DNA from: the human T2T-CHM13v2.0 reference genome, Homo sapiens
NCBI RefSeq assembly: GCF_009914755.1
Contig: NC_060929.1
DNA: 64,000 bases
Direction: 5' to 3' (one strand)
Shown piece by piece: positions 53,399-64,000 of this stretch (its first letter is position 1; each line of letters opens with the position of its first letter). The translations under genes were made by a program, and so were the position numbers. The notes beneath the pieces were generated by a model that was given only the letters and a program-made list of their open reading frames with translations, did no database searches and was not told the DNA's origin.

Positions 53399-56319
53399 CA
53401 CGTTGCACCTTCCTTTATATTTCAATTAATGCAAAAGTAGCAAAAAGTATTAATGTAAGAACACCTACAATTAATATCTATAGTCCGTGGGTAGGCTTTG
53501 ATATCACAGTTCATTTCATGTTAACAGACTTTCTTTTTAAATAAGGTATACATAATAATTTAATGTAATTTTTAAAAAGGGATAAGCTCATGTCCAACAA
53601 ATTCAATTCTACATGTGTCTCTCAAAAGAGAAAAATCTGTGCAAATAACAAGCTTTTAGAACAAATTGTGGATTTTGTATCAGGGTTCTCATAACTGAAA
53701 TAACTCTTTATCTGTACCCATATAGGGCTACACTAAAATTTGAACAGTTTTCTACAGATAGTAATAGTCATTGACTTCTTTTTATCAGTTAAAATTGGGG
53801 GGTTCTGCTTTCATTTTGGATTTTTTCCTAAAACAAATTGGAAAATAACACAATAGCAAATGTTCCCATAATATACTCATGTTGATGTTAATAATTTAAA
53901 AATAATGATGTATATGAACTGAAGCTTTCAACACTGAAGTCAATCTCATATGATTTGGTAGGGATTCATACAGTCTCTGAGCTAAAATTGGAAGATAAAT
54001 TAGAAAAATATATAAGAATTATAAACTGTTGTTAGAGACTGAAGTTATTCTGGCATCAAATATAAAGTTCAAAATGAAGAGAATGTAATCACCATTTTTA
54101 GAAATTAAAGATTTTTATTTGCTTACGCTTTTAGGTAATCTATTTTTTAAAACTCATTTATGCTAAAATGTTGCAGGTTTGGATAAAACACTAAACGAAA
54201 AGAGAGCTAAAACAGTGCTTTACATGACCAAAGTTAATCATTCATGATAGAGAGCTTAATACTTCAACTTTACAAATTACTTATAAAAAACACATTCTCT
54301 TAGATTCTCAACCTGTATTTCCATTCCCTCCTATATCTGTGTGTTCAAGAGTTCTAAGGAACAGCCTTCTCCTGTGTTGAACACTTTGTTGCTGTTGTTG
54401 TGTGTTTGTGTGAAATACATAAACATCAATAATTGGGACTATTATTTAAGAAAAATGTATTAGGGAGATGGAGTGTGAGATGGCACTGTGCTGCAAAAAT
54501 GATGTGATAACACGGGGCTTGTTAGCTATAAAGTCACAATTATATAGCATTTTTACAGGGTAAATGACTTTTAATACAGCACAGGTTTTCCTGTCTAGTA
54601 CCTTTAAAAATCTCAGCTAAAACTTCACTCTATTAAAAGCGTGATTCGTGACAGTGTCAAAACAAGTGACTTACCATAAATTTTTATATAATCTCTCCAT
54701 TATAGGTCCTAGAAATACATATATTTTTTGCGGTAGGAAAATCTCTTTGTTCATGTTACACATGTACATGTATTATAGGGAATGTTAGTGAAAAATATAA
54801 ACACATGAAATAACAACAACAACAAAAATCTCATCATGGTCTGTATCATGTAGAAGGGCAGCTATGTTTAGCGCTGTAATATTGTGAGTGCGGTCACACC
54901 AGGGATTCTCACATACAATATGAAATTATTATTTGGAAACCTCACATTTATAGAGCAGAACACAACGGCTTGAAACAAATGTTTTGAAATATGTGGTGGG
55001 GTAGAGCTAGTTAGGAAAATAACACCCACCTCCCATATGTGCCAGTTAATTTCTTCCCCAAATGTTTGCTTGCTACAGTGCAGATGTGTCTCAGGATGAA
55101 TGACTCACCTTTTAGAAGGGTATTGTGAATACAGATTAACCAAGGAAATAGAAAATAATCTTTGGAAAAGTGGAAATTATCTTCATTCTAATATTTTCAA
55201 ATTTTTTACTTAGTAAAAATGACAACATACTATTTCATCATTTCATTTGTTGTGGGTAAATCCAGAAATAAAATTAAATGTACTCAATTTGGCCTCATGC
55301 AGTTTAAAAACAAGAAAATCATATTGCATAGATTTACCTAGGCAAGTGGAACAATGTCCAATTTCAGTGGAGAATGCTCATAGTATAATAAAAGAAAAAA
55401 CAGAGCGTTGTATATAATACTGAATATAAATTATTATCCTAGTTTTATAAAAACGTTCACTCTTCCCCTCTTCTCTGTTTATATTGTTATTTCTGGGGCT
55501 TCATATTTGGACGACATTTTAACTCTCTAAATTTTAAAAATTTTCTTTCAGTGTGCATGTGTTGTTTTAAAATTGAAAAAAAAATTATGTAAGTTAAAAA
55601 AAAATGATCAATTGGATTTGGGAAGATCGAAAGCACCTTTAAAATCCCTTGGTCTTTGATGCCTAAAGAAAATGGAGAGCATTTTGGCCACAAATAACTC
55701 AGACAAAAAGTATCTTATTCTACATCTTTTGTAGAAAATTTTTTTCAGTGACAGGAGGTGGGAAAACTCACAGCTTATGAGACATAGAGTTGTGGAATAT
55801 GTATAAATACTAGTGAGAAACTCTAAACATTTGGAAATGTGCCAGAAATTTATATTTAAGAGTTCAACGCCTACACAGTAGGAACTTCTACAAGTCAATG
55901 GGTGAGACTTGATCGAATGTGATAATGCCTGTAAAAGTGGCTGATGTCCCACTGCGTAATGGTAAGGGATTGTTGTTCTTGCTTTAGCCTTTAGTTGCTA
56001 TCATTACGAATTTAGGTTGAAGTAAGCTATGCTTTTCTTTCTTTGATGGATTAAAGAAGAATGGAGGGTAAGGATAACATTAGTTTCACCATGGTGCTGG
56101 GTTACAAATGCAAAGGCATTTGTAATCAAAGATGCAGAAATAAGGAACCAAAAGATTTAGAGGCTCTGCAATGGCATATAACAAGCTAACTACATCACTA
56201 AAGCCAAAGGAGAGAATGTCTGTCTTCTAACCAGTTAAACTATTCAGCAGACTTCTTTCTGTGAGTATCTGTATGTCAGACTTTCATCTGGCTATCCAAC
56301 TGCAGTTTCCAAATTGTTT

Positions 56320-57260
56320 CATTCAATCCAGCAAGCCCCACGCAAGGTGCAAGGCATTGTGTAACGTGCTGACATTACGATGTTGAGAACATTTCATTGA
56401 AGTGACTCTGAAGCTCAGAGTCTAATAAGAATAATAGGTTGGTAAAACAATAATGACAATGACAGCAGCAAAAGAAGTATCATGGTAGATTTGAGGAGAC
56501 ATTAATTGTGATGGTGTGGCTAGGAGTAGGTACTGGGGGTGCTTCTAATTTTAGATGACAACTGAGTTGTTTTTAATAGAGAATCATGGGCATTCCAAGT
56601 TGAATAAAGTAGCATAGTAGGATGAAACACATAATTTTTTTTTTTTTTTTGAGATGGCGTCTCGCTCTGTCACCCAGACTGGAGTGCAGTGGTGCAATCT
56701 CAGCTAACTGCAAACTCTGCCTCCTGGGTTCAAACAATTCTCCTGCCTCAGCCTCTCTAGTAGCTGGACTACAGGCATGTGCCAACATACCTAGCTAATT
56801 TTTGTATTTTTAGTAGAGATGGTGTTTTGTCATGTTGGCCAGGCTGGTCTCAAACTCCTGACCTAAAGTGATCCGCCCACCTCCGCCTCCCAAAGTCCTG
56901 GGATTACAGGCATGAGCTACCGTGGCTGGCCAAAACACCTAATTTATTCAGGGAATGACAAGTAAATAGTTTATATTTCTGGAGTGTCAGTTGTAGATGG
57001 AAAACAGCAGTGGATGAGGGTAAGCCTAGATGATAAAGAGTTTTATGTGCTCGCCTAAATACTATATTTTAAAAAATAATATTTGGGTAACATTGTGGGG
57101 AAGTTGATTCTGAGTGTAAGGGCAAAGATAGACATATCACTAGAAAGGCTATTGCAATCATCTAGGAGAGGGAGGGTTAAAAAATCTTATAGAGGTGTGC
57201 CAAGAATGAATTAGCTATTTTTAAAAATTAAGAATGTCAAGGACCCAGTCCATGGAAGGA
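56320..57260 (-). mobile_element. Degraded L2, interrupted by an Alu
   Basis: ttcattcaatccagcaag...gtgcaaggcattgtgt; agaaaggctattgcaatcatctaggagag. Confidence 0.55.
56635..56931 (-). mobile_element. AluS (Sx-like)
   Basis: Full dimer; TSD aaacac(a/c)taattt. Confidence 0.92.
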
Positions 57261-58269
57261 GTAAGCAGGTTTGTACAAATTAAGAAAGGCAGGAAGTTAG
57301 GAAAAATAAAAATGAAAGTAAGCAGATAAGGTGATTAAATCATGAAATAATACTTAACCCGAAAGTCAGTAACATGCTCCTAGTGCCTCTCCCTTACACC
57401 CGCATCCTTACCACGTGAGTACTTGCAAATCCAACTGACAGTACTTGCATTTAAAAATTTTTTCACTGATGGCTTTTCTCTGGCTTCTGGAACTCTGTCA
57501 GCTTGCTGAATATCCTGAATTACTCCCTACCTTCCCAGGAATAGACTTCAGCTCCTGAAGGACAGGAGTTTGTGTATAAATACCCCAATTTGTTTCCCAC
57601 TGGATGGGATAACACTGACACTTGGAGGTCTCCAGCATGATCAAGCTCCAATAATCCAAGTGGTAACTTTTTTGATAATAAGACTTTATCGGCTGCCTTC
57701 GCTTCTCTATCTCATTCACTTGCCACTGGCATTTTTGCAGAATCACTTTATGGGGAAGCCAAACTAAGACAAAATCCAGCCCATAGAAACTCTTTACATA
57801 AAAAGCAACATGTATATAAGTGCTACCATATAACCATGTGGTTTCCATCCTGTCTGAGATGTACCCCAAAGCCATCTAAGAATTTCGGTAGTTAACGATG
57901 AACTTGGAAACTGTAAAGTGCATTGGTACTGCAGCAGAAAGAAAAAAGATATTTACATGAAACTCTTGATTGTAATCTATCAGAAGTTTACGAAACATTT
58001 TCACCTCTCATTCTTAGAAGATGACACATTCTAAGAGGACAGGAGGCCTGTAGTATTTGTAATAGTACTTAGAATTATTGATGTTCAAATAGAAAATGAT
58101 ATTAGATTATGCAGTTATTCTGAATGGCTACTTATTCTTAAGGTCAGCTGGTTCCTAGGAAGATAAGAGTCTCTTCTCTGAATTTCTCTCACTGGTGCCG
58201 TATCTATTCCTGTCCATCTATATCCATACATGTTTGTTGATGAGATCATAACATTCTTGTTACTCAGGA

Positions 58270-58470
58270 TATGTGAAGATCTATGCTGATCCAAAGACCA
58301 GCAGCATCAATTACCTGGGAGCTTGATAAACTGTAGAATGTCATGCCATTTTTATAAATGTAAGGTGGAAAAAAATAAGCAAAAAAAAAAGAATGTCAGA
58401 CCTCACATCTGCAATTTCAACAAGATCCCCATTGATCTGTATGCACTTCAAAGTTGGAGGAATGTTGCTT
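58270..58470. mobile_element. MER5A-like hAT DNA transposon fossil
   Basis: gaccagcagcatcaattacctgggagcttgata...atctgcaatttcaacaagatcccc..tgatctgtatgcac..caaagttggag. Confidence 0.7.
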
Positions 58471-59410
58471 TAGATAAGATTTGCTGCTAAGCATAGGAGA
58501 CTTAGGTCACTATGGCAAGATTTTCTTCTACCATACCAAGGGCAAGATATGTAGAAGCTTCTGCTTGTGCCCTGGAGAGAGGTCTGTATGACAACTACTA
58601 GGACAATTCTCTCTTGTAAAAAATGTGAAATTATTTGGAAAGTAGAGGGCAGAAAATACATCATTTAGACTCATCACCTTATTGAGACTGATTCCTATTT
58701 TGGTATTTAATTATTTTTTAAGTTTAGCTTCTCTTCTTTGCATGATTTTATAACATGGCTATAAATCCTACACCAAATTAAATAGCTTTCTTACTTTTTC
58801 TACCATATGTCATGAGAGATTCATCATATTACTATCATAATTTTCATTTAGAACATTCAATTGGGTGTATTCATCGTAACATTTAATAATTTAAAAATCT
58901 TTGAACTTTTAAACATTTTTTGATGAACTTTTGATGCTTATAGTTCTTTTAGCACTTATGGCTATTCCTTAAGGTAGATCCTCGCAAATCCTAGTCTGAA
59001 TGGGGGTTTTCTTTGTCCCCTGGGTATCTTTCTACACATTATCTTCAGTGAACTTCCAATCTTAATATTACACTGCCACTGCCCTTTATCTTTTGTACCC
59101 ACATTCTGTATTTTCCTTTGAAAAGCCAACCACACCTCCTCCGTGATAAACTTTACATCCATTTCCTCCACCCTTGAGTCACTGTGTTTTATTCTTGAAA
59201 CTCCATTTCAATTCCTGTCCCTGAGTCACCTTCCTCCCATTAAAATTAAACTTAGAGTCCATGTTTTCCATGCAGATTGACCAAGCTGATATGGGGCAGC
59301 TGTAGTGGCTATCCAGTTTCAAATATAAGACAATGTAATTTTGAATTACTCTTCTCGGGATTTAAATACGCTTTCTTTTGAAATTTGACAAAAATATTTC
59401 CATCTGTCAG

Positions 59411-59739
59411 TTTTCTTTTATTTTCTAATTTTTTCTGTTTGTTTGTTTCTTGAGTCAGGGTCTCACTCTGCCACCCCAGCTGGAGTGTAGCAGTGCGATC
59501 ATGGCTCACTGCAGCTTGGAACTCCTCAGCTCAAGTGATATTTTTCTGCCTTAGCCTCCCAAGTAGCTGGGACTACAAGGCGCACACCGCTACATCTGGC
59601 TAAATTTTCTTTGATTTTTAGTAAAGACTAGGTCTCGCTATGTTGCTCAGGCTGGTCTCAAACTCCTGAGCTCAAGCAATCATCCTGCCTCAGCCCCGCA
59701 AAGTGCTGGGATTACAGGCATGAGCCACCGCACCTGGCC
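59411..59739 (-). mobile_element. AluJ
   Basis: J-type wording; TSD ccatctgtcag. Confidence 0.88.
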
Positions 59740-59980
59740 CCCATCTGTCAGCTTTAATAGCTGATAAAGTCAAAGGAGATGGGAACTTTTTTGGATTTAT
59801 TTGGAATAGTATGTTGCACTAAGTGTGTTCAAATAGGAAATGAAAACAAGTGAATTTGTAAGGTAAGAAAACTGGAAATTCTAGGTGTGAAATATCCAGA
59901 ATTCTACACAATTCTGTATAATTTGATATTCTCCATAATTTTAAAAGCAGGCCAGAGCAAGAGACACTGTCTACTTTAGC

Positions 59981-60165
59981 ACAGTGGTTCTGACTTTAGT
60001 GTATACATGAACAAGCTAGGGAAAAAGTTATCATCACTGTTTTTACCTGATTTCTAGAACTCATGTTTCAGCAAGTCAAGGGTGGGTACAGGGAACTGCG
60101 ATTTTAATACACACGCAAGGGCTTTCTGATGCTGATGGTCTGTAGTACTGCATTTTGAGAAGCAG
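59981..60165. mobile_element. MER5-like DNA transposon fossil
   Basis: cagtggttctgactttagtgtatacatgaa...tgatgctgatggtctgtagtactgcattttgagaagc. Confidence 0.6.
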
Positions 60166-60409
60166 TAATTTGGCATTATCTTTGACACCGAGTATATAGA
60201 TAGTATATGGTAAATAAAAAGAGATTAAAATACATTGGTTTCAGCACAGCATAATGACCAACTTCTGAACGTTTGCCACAATTTACAAAGGATAGGGCAA
60301 AAAGATAGATAAGAGTTAGTAAACACAGAGTAGTCACTAAAACTTGTTTGGTTGTTAAATTCTGGAGTGACATATATATGCACATATTATAGTATAAGCA
60401 GTGACTTAC

Positions 60410-60572
60410 ATTTCCCTTCTTCATTTCTGCAGAGAACTTTTGTGTCATCTGTGGTTTGTATAACTTCTAGAGATTCACCAGGTTTTACCTGTAGATCTCT
60501 GGTTCCCCACTTTTTAGAAGTTATGGAAGTTGTAACTTTAGTTGAATATAGGACTCTAATTTCACCATCATA
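60410..60572 (-). CDS. FYB1: FYB1 exon (163 nt; YDGEIRVLYSTKVTTSITSKKWGTRDLQVKPGESLEVIQTTDDTKVLCRNEEGK-Y, C-terminal hSH3 domain)
   Basis: tcttttttttttag| ... AAT|gtaagt; open frame encoding the recognisable ADAP helically extended SH3 sequence. Confidence 0.97.
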
Positions 60573-60957
60573 CTAAAAAAAAAAGAACAATATTTAAATT
60601 ATTGGTTTATGTGCATTATTGAAACAACTTATTTATGGATGGATTTATTAAAAAGGTATTTGCTAAAGAGATAATTCAGTGTTTTCGAAATATAATGTAG
60701 GAATATTAAAGAAAATGTTGAGGGACAAACATCATTCATAACCTCACCAACCTAATATAATAATTATTTTTAGTACTTTCTTATTAAGGTTCAAAGGACA
60801 GCTAAATTTAGGTGATTATCACAGTGTGAATACTGTGCATATTATAGCTTGCTTAATCTTTTATAAAAATAAATTTAAATCTAAAATAAATTTTGTTCAA
60901 AATAAAAGAGTTATAACGGCTAACTGTAATATTGATAATTACACTTTAAAGTGTGCA

Positions 60958-61039
60958 TTTTGTTACTTAAAAATCATTGGATTTTTCAATAGTGCTTTTT
61001 TTGTTACTTAAAAATCATTGGATTTTTCAATAGTGCTTT
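60958..61039. repeat. Perfect tandem duplication, 2 x 41 bp
   Basis: 60958-60998 is identical to 60999-61039. Confidence 0.95.
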
Positions 61040-61070
61040 GTACTTTGTATAATATTTAGATATGACATAC

Positions 61071-61170
61071 TTTAAATTTTTTCCTGAAGTCTTTTTCTTC
61101 TTTTTCCTGCTTTTTTAGCTTCTTAAGGTCCTTTTCTTCTGTCTTAGCTTTTCCAAAATTAGTTCCTTGA
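61071..61170 (-). CDS. FYB1: FYB1 exon (100 nt; S-QGTNFGKAKTEEKDLKKLKKQEKEEKDFRKKFK, basic helix preceding hSH3)
   Basis: ttctgccgttctag| ... AAA|gtatgt; phase 2 to phase 0 fits its neighbours. Confidence 0.96.
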
Positions 61171-61760
61171 CTAGAACGGCAGAACACACATAAAACAACA
61201 CTTTGTTTAGAAAATTAAAAAGAATAGTCCATAACAGAGACGATTCATAGCATTATATTTTTAACTTTTTGTTTCAGTTAATTCTTTTTGTTAGAAATCC
61301 AGTAACTGTCATTGTAATAAATGATGACATTCCATAATGTAGGAGGGTTTCCTCAAGCAAATATAGATTATGAGAATTAAAATGGAAGTGAGAGATTAGA
61401 TTCGTTCTTATACTGAACCATATAAAATCACTGAGTCATGGTTTAAACTTGGTTGCATGTCAGCGGTTTCATATGACTTAATCTATTCTCAAACCTCCCT
61501 AAATTATCAGCCCTTTCTAGATAATTATGTAGCTTGGCCAATGTCATAAGAAAGGCTTTTTAAAAAAGAAGAGTTCAAAAACAATCAATTTTTATGGTTT
61601 ATAACATTTATACGTTGTTTTGTTCACATCTACTTAAAATGCAGCTAGAGTTTTGGTTAATAAAAAAACTTAAGTAAAAGTTAAGATTTTAGATATTATA
61701 AGAAGGAGCTTTTTAAAAAAGATGGTTATTACTGATCTTTATCTTCATCCCTTTATCAAT

Positions 61761-61786
61761 TGTGTGTGTGTGTGTGTGTGTGTGTG
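61761..61786. repeat. (TG)13 microsatellite followed by a GA-rich tract
   Basis: Read directly. Confidence 0.95.
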
Positions 61787-61964
61787 TATGAAAGAGAGAC
61801 AGAGACAGAGAGGAGGAGAGGGAGAAAGTAAGAAAGATAAGCACATCCTAAGTGTTTAGATCAGTTAATGGACTTACTTTTTTTAAAACTGCTAGGATCC
61901 AGGTATAGAAATCCACTATATTTTGTAGATACCAATTATCCTAATATAAGTGAACAAGCCTAAA

Positions 61965-62165
61965 ACAGTGATTTTTGTAGCCTCTCCGCACACAGGATCA
62001 CCTGGGAAGCTTTTAAAGCATACTACTGCTCTTGCCCAATTCCTGGACATTCTAATTTAAATTAATTTTAAAATTTAATTTAGTCTGAGCAAGGTCCAGG
62101 TAGTGCTAGACACATTTTAAGAGCTTCCCACATGATATTAATTTGTAACCAAGGTTGAGAACCAT
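61965..62165. mobile_element. MER5-like DNA transposon fossil
   Basis: ggatcacctgggaagcttttaaagcatactactgct...gagcttcccacatgatattaatttgtaaccaaggttgagaacca. Confidence 0.65.
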
Positions 62166-63870
62166 TCACTAGAGTTAAATTATGGATGGTAGGGAAGAGC
62201 TATAGATATCTTTAGTGAGCATTTTAAAAATTAGAATATATTAATTTTTATTTAGATGATCTAAGATAAAGTTTTGTTTGTAACCAATTTATTTTAAATG
62301 TTTAATTCTCAATTTTGGAATCTTAGCTTTAGTTCATTCATTGTGGAGAGAATTAGCACAATATCTATATCAGGTTCTGCGTCTGCCCTCAGTACTGCCT
62401 GCCTATGGTAGTCTGGGCATTTGTGGAATTACTGCCCCAGATTAACTCTCTGGGGCAATCAGAATATACGTGAAAGTTAGAAATGCCCTACAAGCTATCT
62501 TTAAAAAAATTTATTGAAATTTATTTAAAAATAGAATACGACATTAGAGAACACAAACTTGCTTTAAACTCTGAAAATAAGCAAAATGGGGAAGAAAATT
62601 GTCCATATCACATAAAGCTTAGTTAGCTGGGGTTTATTTTGTTTGAAGAATAAGGCCAGGTGTGACTCTTTGTTCCTAGAGAGCGATTTTATGGAATGTG
62701 ATGTACAGTAATGTAAAGCAAAAAAAAAAAAAAAAAAAAAGCATTAACAACTGTCAAGGGTTGAAACACCACTGGTGAGAAATAGTAAAACCTGAACATA
62801 TTACTGAAGATTCCATTTTTGTTTCATGGAGAATTAAAAAAAGGGCAACGGCTCTCTTTTCATCTTTCTTATTTGTTTTGCCTGTGGAACTTGATCTTCA
62901 TATATGAATGATGGCATATTTTCCCTTCAGAGTCTTTGATCTTGATACTCTCTCTAGTTCAATAAAATTAGTTTAACAATTTTGGTAAAAAATAAATACT
63001 TAGCGTTTACTCATGCATTTTTACCAGTACAGCTCAGAAGACACAACTTACTGTGTTCCATTTATGTTACTTTCATCCTTTAATCAAATACAGGATCTTT
63101 TGAGTCATCTTTCTTTTCTCTTGAAAAAGCTAGATAGGTGTTCTTGCTTTTATACTCAGTATGTATCAAATCATTTCATGTATTTATTGGATTATGAGAA
63201 AGCAACCTACCATGTTATTCTCTATTTCAAAAAAAATTCCAAAAGGCACTCCTTTTGTATTACTTGATCTGAACTGATTTTATACAATTTTAGCCTAAAA
63301 TTAATTTTTTTAAGATTTGAATGTAACCTACCTAAAAGTCCTTTTAAAAAATAAATCTTTTTTTCTTTTTTTCATAAAGGAAACTATCTTGTAGAAGACG
63401 GAGGTGGCTTGAACAAGATGGGTGAGTGCTGAGATGTAAGCTAAGAAGTATATTCAAGAAAAAAAGGTTTGGGGAAAACAGTATGAATAAAGAGAGGAGA
63501 AGAATCAGTGAGACTGGTTGTGACCAAGATCTTAAACATATTTCCCCAGTGAATGAATGAATAAATAAACCAGACATCAGTAAGTCACAGGCCCAAGGTT
63601 AATCAGGAAACAAGAAGCAGAACCAGGAGGATGGAAGAGAATGAGGGGAGGAAGGGGTGGAGGTGGGGGCAAAGGATTTGGGCTATCTACTCACAAACCT
63701 CGCAGGGAGGGTAGAGCTGAGATTGGAAGGAAGCATAGCTTTAGAGAGGAGTCCAGAGCCAACAGGATCGCACACAGTAGACACACATCCCACTGGGTTT
63801 TTATTTCAGTTGAATTTTCTTGAGTATTCTCATTTTCATTACTTCATTGTAATGAAAGCATTTTAATTAC

Positions 63871-63937
63871 CTCATCTCTGCTGATGAAACAGGGAAATCA
63901 GAGGTATCCACATCATCGTAAACTTCATCTCCCATGT
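63871..63937 (-). CDS. FYB1: FYB1 exon (67 nt; D-MGDEVYDDVDTSDFPVSSAEM-S, YDDV SH2-docking motif, Y651)
   Basis: tctgtcttttgttag| ... GAG|gtaatt. Counting back from a C-terminal residue 783 places this tyrosine at 651, the known SLP-76/Nck SH2 site of ADAP. Confidence 0.96.
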
Positions 63938-64000
63938 CTAACAAAAGACAGAATATCAAAGGTTGAAACACTGTTAGTTTAGATTTTGATATGAGCATTC

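Overview
Human genomic DNA, identified by a human-specific AluYb8 and by recognisable protein sequences; by recall this is the chr5p13.1 FYB1-RICTOR interval. Two protein-coding genes lie in tandem on the minus strand. The last six exons and 3'UTR of FYB1 (ADAP/SLAP-130) occupy about 46.8-64 kb. The CpG-island promoter, coding exons 1-2 and the start of the long intron 2 of RICTOR occupy about 1-16.7 kb. Between them is about 30 kb of intergenic DNA made mostly of L1, Alu, MaLR/ERV LTR, MIR, L2 and MER repeats. Nearly all entries in the supplied ORF track are spurious. I cannot demonstrate a new biological system here. The best leads are all splicing or translation hypotheses: (i) a clean, frame-preserving 42-nt candidate cassette exon in RICTOR intron 2; (ii) exon phases that would make an FYB1-to-RICTOR read-through splice in-frame; (iii) exon-like units inside an FYB1 intron that would act as poison exons or encode a basic microprotein; (iv) a TISU/YY1-like element at the RICTOR start codon. 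Repeat subfamily names and most repeat boundaries were assigned by eye and are approximate.
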